Below, piece after piece: positions 27,705-34,576 of a stretch of 35,419 nt of DNA. A model generated the notes under the pieces. That model had not been told where the DNA came from. It did not search any database and worked only from the letters and a program-made list of their open reading frames with translations. The position numbers and the translations under genes were made by a program. The stretch lies in the IMG/VR virus record IMGVR_UViG_3300021142_000016; one strand, written 5' to 3'. This DNA comes from an uncultured virus (IMG/VR IMGVR_UViG_3300021142_000016). Taxonomy: Duplodnaviria; Heunggongvirae; Uroviricota; Caudoviricetes. Position 1 is the stretch's first letter. Each line of letters opens with the position of its first letter.

Positions 27705-28379
27705 ATGAACAATATGAACAAAGCAAGGATAAGAACAGCGTGGACAATGATATGTGTGAGTATTATCACATTGATTAGTGGAGTAAATTCTCCAGTTCAT
27801 GCATTAACAGCACCAACTATCGTGTATAATAAATATATATTATATATTAATAAATATACTAATTTAGTTAATATTAAAGATATTATTAATATAGATATAA
27901 ATAAAGCAAATTCTAGTAATACAGTTTATTTAATTAATGATCTGTCCACTGGAAAAACTTTTCAAATGCCCGCTTATAGCAAAATGCTTACATTAAACCA
28001 AAGAGTAGATCAAAGGGTAATAATCTCAAGACTAGCAAACGCAATCAAATCCCAGGAAACGGGAGGCGTTGGCGCATACCTGCGTCAGTCTTACTCCAGT
28101 AGTGCATGTGGTGCTTACCAGTACATGTCAACTTCATGGAATAACTTTATGGGCTACAAGAATGCTTGCGATGCCCCAGAATGGGTACAGGATGCACGTA
28201 TGGTCAGCGAACTAAAATCGTCATACGCCGTGTACCATGACTGGAGAAAAGCAGTAGCAGCACACCTGTATCCATCAAGAGCAGGCAATATGGCTACTTG
28301 GAACAAACCAGTTCCAGGAAATCCAACTGTCCGTGAATACGTCACATCTGTGTTTCAGAAAGCGAACATAGCGTACTGA
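27705..28379 (+). CDS. Secreted lysozyme-like/lytic transglycosylase protein
   Basis: N-terminal hydrophobic signal (..VHA); AIKSQETGG, SSACGAYQYM..SW, PEWVQD, YVTSV; AGGAGG RBS. Confidence 0.8.
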   Translation: MNNMNKARIRTAWTMICVSIITLISGVNSPVHALTAPTIVYNKYILYINKYTNLVNIKDIINIDINKANSSNTVYLINDLSTGKTFQMPAYSKMLTLNQRVDQRVIISRLANAIKSQETGGVGAYLRQSYSSSACGAYQYMSTSWNNFMGYKNACDAPEWVQDARMVSELKSSYAVYHDWRKAVAAHLYPSRAGNMATWNKPVPGNPTVREYVTSVFQKANIAY

Positions 28380-28615
28380 TGAAAATTAAAATTTTATCTC
28401 AGTATTATCAATTGGCTCAGGCGGGTAGGGTAAAACCTCTCGCCTGTCCCATGCATCCAGAAGATCCCGATGCAATTTTTCCATTAATGGTAGTTGAAGA
28501 AAACGAAAAGGTTATGCTACAATGTCTAGCATGCAGCTATGTAAATATGGCTGGTCAACAACTTTATGAAAATCTTATAAAATTAATCAGGGAAGCAGAA
28601 AATGAAAGAACCTAA
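28379..28615 (+). CDS. Small zinc-binding protein
   Basis: CPMH...CLAC. Confidence 0.7.
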   Translation: MKIKILSQYYQLAQAGRVKPLACPMHPEDPDAIFPLMVVEENEKVMLQCLACSYVNMAGQQLYENLIKLIREAENERT

Positions 28616-29105
28616 TATTGGAGATTACTTTGTAGTTAGAACTACAGGTATAGCAGCAAGATTAATTCAACTTGGAACATGGTCTAAGTGGAATCATGCT
28701 GGAATTTACATTGGAAATGGGCAAATTGTTGAAGCCCGCCCTTCTGGCGTTTCTGTTTCACCACTTTCTAAATATGACAATAATCAAATAATTTGGAATA
28801 CGGGCCACGATGGTTCACTTACCACTACAGAAAGAAAAACCCTTGTTGAATTTGCTTTGGGTTTTGTTGGAGATGGTTACGGAATATGGTCAATCATTGC
28901 ATTAGGATTTAAATGTCTTACTTTTGGTATTCCACTACTTCCAGCAAATTGGATGGCAATTCGTGAAAAGCGTGTAATTTGTTCACAACTTGTTGCTTGG
29001 TCATATTCTCACGTTCACATTAAACTTTCAAAAAAGCCTCATGCGCTTGTACGACCAAAGGATCTAGCAGAAAGATTGTCACATGGATCTTTTACCAATC
29101 GTTGA
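28602..29105 (+). CDS. Permuted papain-like amidase (YaeF/YiiX, NlpC/P60 superfamily)
   Basis: GD, WNHAGIYIG...VEA before ICSQLVAWSY (His before Cys). Confidence 0.88.
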   Translation: MKEPNIGDYFVVRTTGIAARLIQLGTWSKWNHAGIYIGNGQIVEARPSGVSVSPLSKYDNNQIIWNTGHDGSLTTTERKTLVEFALGFVGDGYGIWSIIALGFKCLTFGIPLLPANWMAIREKRVICSQLVAWSYSHVHIKLSKKPHALVRPKDLAERLSHGSFTNR

Positions 29106-29586
29106 AGGAAGATCTTGCGGGGATTGTACAAAGTGTTGTGAAGGTCATTTAAGGGCTGATATACAATTAAAAGACGGTAGCCCTAAAGCTTGGATGGGTT
29201 TAAACGAAGAAGGATTTCAACCTTGCCCATTTGTTAAAACAGGAGTTGGTTGCACATCTTATGATGTACGTCCAGATATACCTTGCAAAGTATTTAAATG
29301 TGATTGGCTTACAAATCCAGACATGCCAGAATCTTTTAAGCCATCAAGATCAAATGCTATATTTACAACTCGCACAATTAACGGTATTGAGTACACAAAG
29401 TTAATTGAAGCTGGAAGAAAGCTAGACTCAGAAGTTTTATCATGGGCATTTGAGTATTGCCTTTCAAACGGAATTAATTTTTCGTGGAACGTGTTAGAAA
29501 ATATTTTTTGGTTGGGCTCTGAAGAGTTTAATGAGATGATGGATAAAGATTACCCATTACTTAAAAGGGAGCTTGAAGGAAAATGA
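29083..29586 (+). CDS. CxxCxxCC (YkgJ-like) metal-cluster protein
   Basis: CGDCTKCC...CPF....GC..Y..RP...C..F.C.WL. Confidence 0.8.
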   Translation: MDLLPIVEGRSCGDCTKCCEGHLRADIQLKDGSPKAWMGLNEEGFQPCPFVKTGVGCTSYDVRPDIPCKVFKCDWLTNPDMPESFKPSRSNAIFTTRTINGIEYTKLIEAGRKLDSEVLSWAFEYCLSNGINFSWNVLENIFWLGSEEFNEMMDKDYPLLKRELEGK

Positions 29587-29873
29587 GAGCATGGATTGAA
29601 GTTTATCATCAAGATGTTAATATAGAAGGTTTTGACCTTCCTGAAAACAAACATGAGATTCTTATTCAAGATGAAAACCACAACACAATTATGAGTATAC
29701 CAATTCAAAGACCTTTGCCTTGCATGGGTATTAATGTTGTTGATGGAGAATTGCTAAGTAAAGCCACACAAAGCTTTCAGATAGAAAATAGAAGAAGTGT
29801 ACTTAATCCGATGGCACTAGAGCTTGCTGGTATTGAACTAAACCCAGAATGGATGCACAATGAGGAGTGGTAA
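29583..29873 (+). CDS. Hypothetical protein
   Basis: ATGA overlap, 96 aa. Confidence 0.65.
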   Translation: MRAWIEVYHQDVNIEGFDLPENKHEILIQDENHNTIMSIPIQRPLPCMGINVVDGELLSKATQSFQIENRRSVLNPMALELAGIELNPEWMHNEEW

Positions 29874-29875
29874 TA

Positions 29876-30079
29876 ATGGATGATGATGTTCTAATTAACA
29901 TTAGAGAACTGCTCGGTGCTACCTATATTCAAAATCAAAGAATATATGACATGCTTTCTATCATTGCAGATAAACTGGGCGCAGATGCTATTGGTTTATC
30001 TAAGCTTCATGAAAAAGGAGAAGTTCTTGCTCCCGAACCATCTTTTATTTTTAATGTAAGTAGCAATGATGAGCAATAA
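29876..30079 (+). CDS. Hypothetical protein
   Basis: GAGGAG RBS; helical 67 aa. Confidence 0.65.
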   Translation: MDDDVLINIRELLGATYIQNQRIYDMLSIIADKLGADAIGLSKLHEKGEVLAPEPSFIFNVSSNDEQ

Positions 30080-31325
30080 AAAAAAGATTGCAGTAGTAGG
30101 ACAAGGCACTGCTGGGATACAGGCAGTTGCATATTTTCTTAAATGGTTAAGAAGTGATTGGGAAGTGCATTCAATTGTTGATCCGACAAAGCCAATACTA
30201 GGTATTGGAGAATCTACTAATCCATCTTTTATTAAAACTATTGAGCAAGGAACAAGAACAAATATTTTTGATATCCTGCAAAACAAAGATCTTGACTCAA
30301 CCATTAAGCTGGGAACTTTAATTGAGGGCTGGCGGGAGAAAGAATTTATTAATCCTTTATTAGGATCCAATGCAGCCATACATATGAATACTTTTAAGCT
30401 TGGAGAATGGGCAATACCAAAGTTTAAAAAAGTATGGGGAGATAAGTTTGTAGAAGTATTTGGTACAGTTTCTGCTATGATTAATTATCAAGACAAAGCT
30501 GTAGTAGTATTGGATGGCAAAGAACTTGATTATGATTTTATTATTGATTGTACTGGTTTTCCAAGCAACTACGATGACTACACCGTTTGGCAGAACCCAA
30601 CAAACCATGGATTAGTCCATAATGTGCAGGTGGGCGAGGAACACTGGAATCATACGAAACACGTTGCAACAAAAGACGGGTGGATGTTTGCAGTTCCATT
30701 AACATCTCGTGTAAGTTATGGATATATGTTCAATGACACCATTACTGACCCGATTGAGGCGAAAAAGAACTTTTCAGAATTAATATCTATACCTTTAGAA
30801 TATATGGATGATATTGAATACAAGTTTGTATCATTTTGGGCAAACAGATGTATTGAAGGTCGCATTATTAAAAATGGCAATAAAGCAGCATTTTTTGAAC
30901 CAATGTTTGCTAACTCTTTATTTATGTATGACTCTATCAATAAGATAGCTTTACAGCATATAAGCGGTTACATGGCTTTAGATGCAGCAAATACGCATAT
31001 TCAGGTTATGATTGAAAAAATTAGAGAAAATATTTGCTTTTATTATCATGGCGGATCACAATACGATACTCCATTTTGGCAAAATGCTGTTAGTGTAACA
31101 AAACCTGTAGTTTTTGACAGTCAACCATTTTTTCAGGTATATCAGAAGATGCAAATGGCAAACAAGTATGGTTATACTGAAGAAATTGGCTGGGGTTTTG
31201 ATGAAGAAGGACTTAGAAAGATAGATGAAAACTTTGAATATCATTATTTCAGCGACGGAATAAGTGAGCCGAAAAAGGAATTTGAGCAGGAATTAAAAAG
31301 CAAAGGAATAAACACATTATGGTAA
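30066..31325 (+). CDS. Tryptophan halogenase-like flavoprotein
   Basis: VVGQGTAG, GIGEST, TIKLG, DFIIDCTGF, GWMFAVPL..R.SYGY, GN.AAFFEP. Confidence 0.82.
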   Translation: MMSNKKKIAVVGQGTAGIQAVAYFLKWLRSDWEVHSIVDPTKPILGIGESTNPSFIKTIEQGTRTNIFDILQNKDLDSTIKLGTLIEGWREKEFINPLLGSNAAIHMNTFKLGEWAIPKFKKVWGDKFVEVFGTVSAMINYQDKAVVVLDGKELDYDFIIDCTGFPSNYDDYTVWQNPTNHGLVHNVQVGEEHWNHTKHVATKDGWMFAVPLTSRVSYGYMFNDTITDPIEAKKNFSELISIPLEYMDDIEYKFVSFWANRCIEGRIIKNGNKAAFFEPMFANSLFMYDSINKIALQHISGYMALDAANTHIQVMIEKIRENICFYYHGGSQYDTPFWQNAVSVTKPVVFDSQPFFQVYQKMQMANKYGYTEEIGWGFDEEGLRKIDENFEYHYFSDGISEPKKEFEQELKSKGINTLW

Positions 31326-31528
31326 ATCCTTTAGATTTAATAAATGGGTCGGAAAGAGTGAGCGACGCAGTAAAAGAAGAAAGAATGTCCATATGTCGGG
31401 CATGCCCAGAACTCTTTCAATTTACTACATCCTGCAAGAGATGTGGATGTTTCATGAATGCAAAGACAAGATTAGCAGAAGCTGAATGTCCATTAAAAAA
31501 ATGGGGGGCAGTTGAAAGAAATCAGTGA
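31319..31528 (+). CDS. Small Cys-rich protein (DUF6171-like)
   Basis: R..IC..C...C..CGCF...KT......CP..KW. Confidence 0.75.
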   Translation: MVNPLDLINGSERVSDAVKEERMSICRACPELFQFTTSCKRCGCFMNAKTRLAEAECPLKKWGAVERNQ

Positions 31529-32294
31529 CATTGTGACGGACATCACATATATTATAGATGGTGATCTATGTCACATATATACCGATAAGCACACATTTTC
31601 CATACCTGCATCAAATTTAGATCGTTTAAGGTATGGGTTAGAAGCTCATTATACCCAAACAAAGATCCTAGAGGATGCAACACCAGAGGAGTTAGCCATA
31701 TTGCGTAAAATGAAGCCTAGAAATAATGCCCTAGAGGAAGTTAACTATCAAATAGGAAGAAAAGGCTATAATTCTAGAGTCATTCTGGCGAATGACCTTG
31801 TTTCCCGCCTTCCATATATGTCACAATCAAGAAATCGCAATGGAAAACAGCATATTGCAGATTCTAGATGGAAAAATGCTATCAAAAATTCAAATTTTAA
31901 GGTTTTATCCCTTATTGATTGGTATAAGGATGAAGAAATCTTCATTAAAGAGCTATTTCCAGATGTTGAATGGACAAAAGGTTCATTTGCCATATCTCCA
32001 TGTCATATTTATCCAGCTAAAAAAGATAGAGGAGAAGATTCTTGGACTCCCGACAAAATTTGTAGAGATTTAAGCATCATAAATAAAGTTTTTGATAAAA
32101 TTTCAGCATCTGATCTAGCTGGAAAGCATGCTATTACTACAGAAGATGCTAGAATAGCTTTAGATTACCTAGAATCTTTCTCTTGGGATGATCTTTCAAT
32201 CTCCCGCCAAGTTTTAGCGTATGTTTTAAAACGTAGATTGATGCTAGGATTCTACTCACATGTTGCTTTTACCGATATAGACTTAGGAATATAA
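31512..32294 (+). CDS. Hypothetical protein
   Basis: 260 aa ORF, TTG start with GGGGG upstream. Confidence 0.65.
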   Translation: MKEISDIVTDITYIIDGDLCHIYTDKHTFSIPASNLDRLRYGLEAHYTQTKILEDATPEELAILRKMKPRNNALEEVNYQIGRKGYNSRVILANDLVSRLPYMSQSRNRNGKQHIADSRWKNAIKNSNFKVLSLIDWYKDEEIFIKELFPDVEWTKGSFAISPCHIYPAKKDRGEDSWTPDKICRDLSIINKVFDKISASDLAGKHAITTEDARIALDYLESFSWDDLSISRQVLAYVLKRRLMLGFYSHVAFTDIDLGI

Positions 32295-32419
32295 TGCCAA
32301 AAAGATATTTTACTCAAAGTAAGATCTATTTTAGAGATCTTCCACGATTTAAAGAAGATAAATCTTATACTAGTTTTGCATCTAGGTTAAAAAATTTACT
32401 ATCCCGCCTTTTCAGCTAA
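32294..32419 (+). CDS. Small basic hypothetical protein (41 aa)
   Basis: Not in track; TAATG overlap, AGGA RBS; MPKRYFTQSKIYFRDLPRF... Confidence 0.55.
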   Translation: MPKRYFTQSKIYFRDLPRFKEDKSYTSFASRLKNLLSRLFS

Positions 32420-32548
32420 TTCTCAGAATCACTTTTGATCAAAATGTTAATGGGCATTTATTTTGGATGATGCAACTTTGCGAGCCGATTTCAAAAAAAT
32501 AATAGTACGCCCGAAATGTCCGAATTGATATGGTATGCACCCGTATAA

Positions 32549-32564
32549 TGTGGTGTACATCACA
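32549..32564. promoter_or_regulatory. CRP/GlxR-like box 1
   Basis: TGTGG-TGTACA-TCACA (9/10 to TGTGA-N6-TCACA). Confidence 0.6.
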
Positions 32565-32605
32565 AAAATATTTTTTAAAATGTCCGATTTGTTAGCATTT
32601 TCAAC

Positions 32606-32634
32606 TTGATTTTCTCAAAATAATATGCTAAACT
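32606..32634 (+). promoter_or_regulatory. Housekeeping-sigma promoter
   Basis: TTGATT-N17-TAAACT with TG extension. Confidence 0.7.
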
Positions 32635-32687
32635 TTCAGTATTGAAAGATTAAAGGTTAATCTTCAGAAAAAAGAAAGGTAGATAAA

Positions 32688-32912
32688 ATGTCTACACTAA
32701 ATGAATACTATAATGAAATCCGTTCCGATATTGCTAAAGACTTTGGTCTTGAGGCTGGTGGCTTTGCTCCCCGCCCTAAGTTAATGCCTATCCAAATTGC
32801 TCAGCGTATTGTCGCTAAGTATCCTAGCATAGATAACGGCACCCGATGGGGTCAGCCTAATCCTAAGGCGTTAGAAATCGCTAAGCGTTATCACGCTTTG
32901 TTTGTGGCGTAA
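32688..32912 (+). CDS. Small hypothetical protein (74 aa)
   Basis: AGAAAGGT RBS, own promoter. Confidence 0.75.
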   Translation: MSTLNEYYNEIRSDIAKDFGLEAGGFAPRPKLMPIQIAQRIVAKYPSIDNGTRWGQPNPKALEIAKRYHALFVA

Positions 32913-32918
32913 GTCACA
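32903..32918. promoter_or_regulatory. CRP/GlxR-like box 2
   Basis: TGTGG-CGTAAG-TCACA. Confidence 0.55.
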
Positions 32919-32946
32919 ATCAAGACACGGCGTGTCGGGTTGATAA

Positions 32947-32968
32947 TGTCAGCCCTATATGCTAGACT
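32947..32968 (+). promoter_or_regulatory. PafBC/RecA-NDp-like promoter 1
   Basis: TGTCAG-CCCTATATGC-TAGACT; also TTGATA -35 at 32940. Confidence 0.75.
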
Positions 32969-33078
32969 AGCGTCATCAAATTAAATAAAGAAAAATCCTG
33001 TGAGCCCTACATAGTAGGCAAATAATCAGGTCAAGGAAAAAGATTAGAAAAACTAATCAAAAAAAGAAAGGTGACAAA

Positions 33079-33231
33079 ATGTCATACTCGTTTGATAATA
33101 CAAATAAAGACCGCTGGTCAGAATTAAATGATGAATACCAATCTATGCTAGATGAATTGGCTACCTCAAATGATGAGGTTGCTAGTGTCTTCGTAGATGT
33201 AGAAGACTTTGACCTAGATGAGGTGCTATAA
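33079..33231 (+). CDS. Small highly acidic protein (50 aa)
   Basis: Not in track; AGAAAGGT RBS; MSYSFDNTNKDRWSELNDEYQSMLDELATSNDEVASVFVDVEDFDLDEVL. Confidence 0.75.
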   Translation: MSYSFDNTNKDRWSELNDEYQSMLDELATSNDEVASVFVDVEDFDLDEVL

Positions 33232-33348
33232 GTGATAGTTCTAACTTACATAATCCGCACCATAATGCTACTTGCCATAGTGCCTATGTCTATGCTAATG
33301 TATGCTATCTATCAAGATGTCAAGAATTGGGGTAATAATGAAAACTAA
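33232..33348 (+). CDS. Small membrane peptide (38 aa)
   Basis: Not in track; GAGGTG RBS, GTG start; MIVLTYIIRTIMLLAIVPMSMLMYAIYQDVKNWGNNEN. Confidence 0.55.
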   Translation: MIVLTYIIRTIMLLAIVPMSMLMYAIYQDVKNWGNNEN

Positions 33349-33532
33349 GATTATCGTACTAGGATTAGCACTCGCACTAATTCCCGCCGTTGCTAATGCG
33401 AAGACTCACAAAATAACTAGTGTTAATCGCTACACCTACGGGTATCACCGCACAGTTCACATTTATTGCCCGTTTCAAGGTTGTAAATCTAGTTTCTCGC
33501 ACTACACGGGAACGAACGGCTATAATAACTAA
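33338..33532 (+). CDS. Small secreted protein (64 aa)
   Basis: MKTKIIVLGLALALIPAVANA signal peptide; GGGGT RBS. Confidence 0.65.
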   Translation: MKTKIIVLGLALALIPAVANAKTHKITSVNRYTYGYHRTVHIYCPFQGCKSSFSHYTGTNGYNN

Positions 33533-33537
33533 ACAAA

Positions 33538-33559
33538 TGTCAGTGGTCTATGGTAGACT
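33538..33559 (+). promoter_or_regulatory. PafBC/RecA-NDp-like promoter 2
   Basis: TGTCAG-TGGTCTATGG-TAGACT; no canonical -35. Confidence 0.78.
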
Positions 33560-33594
33560 ACTATCAACAACAACAAAAGAAAAGGACAAAATAA

Positions 33595-33756
33595 ATGACA
33601 CTAGCAAATAAGACTTACCAAGTAGGCGATTTGTTCACAACTCAAAAGAGCAAGGTAACAGGAACAATCGTAGCGATTGAACCAATTAACGCTAACACTA
33701 CTCGCGTGCTTCTAGATGTAGACGGCGAGGAACGCTTCACAACTGTGAAGTTCTAA
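33595..33756 (+). CDS. Small beta-barrel-like protein, paralogue A (53 aa)
   Basis: Not in track; AAAGGA RBS; MTLANKTYQVGDLFTTQKSKVTGTIVAIEPINANTTRVLLDVDGEERFTTVKF. Confidence 0.8.
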   Translation: MTLANKTYQVGDLFTTQKSKVTGTIVAIEPINANTTRVLLDVDGEERFTTVKF

Positions 33757-33839
33757 GTTTGGCAAATTGCCAAATATCCTGAGCAAGATATAAAAAGGCT
33801 CACCAACCCAACAAAAGAAAAAAAGAAAAGGAAAACTAA

Positions 33840-34010
33840 ATGACTCTCCAAGGATACACATATCAAATCGGTGACTTGTTCACAACCTCAAATGTAGGTG
33901 TAACTGGTCGCATCAACTCTTTCGCACCTGTTAGCAAAACTGTAACTCGTGTTGGTCTAACTCTAGCAAATGGCTCAAAGCGTTTCGCTATGGTAAAAAC
34001 ATCAAAGTAA
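33840..34010 (+). CDS. Small beta-barrel-like protein, paralogue B (56 aa)
   Basis: Not in track; AAAGGA RBS; MTLQGYTYQIGDLFTTSNVGVTGRINSFAPVSKTVTRVGLTLANGSKRFAMVKTSK. Confidence 0.8.
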   Translation: MTLQGYTYQIGDLFTTSNVGVTGRINSFAPVSKTVTRVGLTLANGSKRFAMVKTSK

Positions 34011-34091
34011 TGCTATAATAAATCTTGGCGGGACTGCCCACTAACATTGACACTCCCGCCATCTACTAATAAAAAGGATAGTAAATAAAAA

Positions 34092-34271
34092 ATGATGACA
34101 AGAAAAGACTACGTTGCAACCGCTGAAATTATTAACTCATACGCAACTGAAATTAAATTAGAAGTGTTAGAAGATCTAGTTAACGATTTTATTGTAATGT
34201 TTGCAGATGATAACGAGCGTTTTGATGGTGATAGGTTTTGGGATGAATGTTTCAAAAACGTAAATCATTAA
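34092..34271 (+). CDS. Small acidic hypothetical protein (59 aa)
   Basis: Not in track; TGCTATAAT at 34011, AAAGGA RBS; MMTRKDYVATAEIINSY...FADDNERFDGDRFWDECFKNVNH. Confidence 0.75.
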   Translation: MMTRKDYVATAEIINSYATEIKLEVLEDLVNDFIVMFADDNERFDGDRFWDECFKNVNH

Positions 34272-34384
34272 TTGAAAAAGTAAAACGTATTCAAGAGCTT
34301 AGGCGTAGCAATGCTGCTACGCCTTTGCAAAATAAAAAAAAATACAATCGCAAAACAAAATATAAAAATCAACTTGACAATTAG
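34247..34384 (+). CDS. Small very basic peptide (45 aa)
   Basis: Not in track; MFQKRKSLIEKVKRIQELRRSNAATPLQNKKKYNRKTKYKNQLDN. Confidence 0.55.
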   Translation: MFQKRKSLIEKVKRIQELRRSNAATPLQNKKKYNRKTKYKNQLDN

Positions 34385-34428
34385 CCAAATTTTTGGCGCG
34401 CCAAATCGGACAAATTGGACATTTTGAA

Positions 34429-34444
34429 TGTGATTAAGGACACA
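34429..34444. promoter_or_regulatory. CRP/GlxR-like box 3
   Basis: TGTGA-TTAAGG-ACACA. Confidence 0.55.
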
Positions 34445-34484
34445 ATTTACACGCTCCAAATAATGAGATAAACCCTTAAGTTAC

Positions 34485-34513
34485 TAGACAGTAGCGATTT
34501 TTTGTGTTATACT
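34485..34513 (+). promoter_or_regulatory. Housekeeping-sigma promoter
   Basis: TAGACA-N17-TATACT with TG extension. Confidence 0.65.
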
Positions 34514-34576
34514 TCCAGTATTAAAAATTAAATAAATAAAAAAAGTTTGACGACACACGGCGTGTCGCCTTGAAAA

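Noticed and set aside
28154..28345. Minus-strand 63-aa ORF, and similar short antisense ORFs at 29996-31993
   Set aside because: Shadows of well-supported plus-strand genes
32517..32602. TGTCCG at 32517 and 32581 as PafBC-type promoters
   Set aside because: No TAnnnT at N10 spacing; treated as a separate motif
32997..33033. Hammerhead ribozyme
   Set aside because: Core reads CTGTGAG and CAAA rather than CTGANGA and GAAA; essential nucleotides missing
33420..33611. 63-aa plus-strand ORF in track
   Set aside because: Overlaps the secreted-protein gene out of frame and runs through promoter 2; no RBS
33774..33802. preQ1-I riboswitch
   Set aside because: Topology similar but ligand-binding loop consensus absent and no queuosine genes nearby
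34268..34459. Minus-strand 63-aa ORF
   Set aside because: Lone antisense ORF crossing regulatory motifs in an all-plus region
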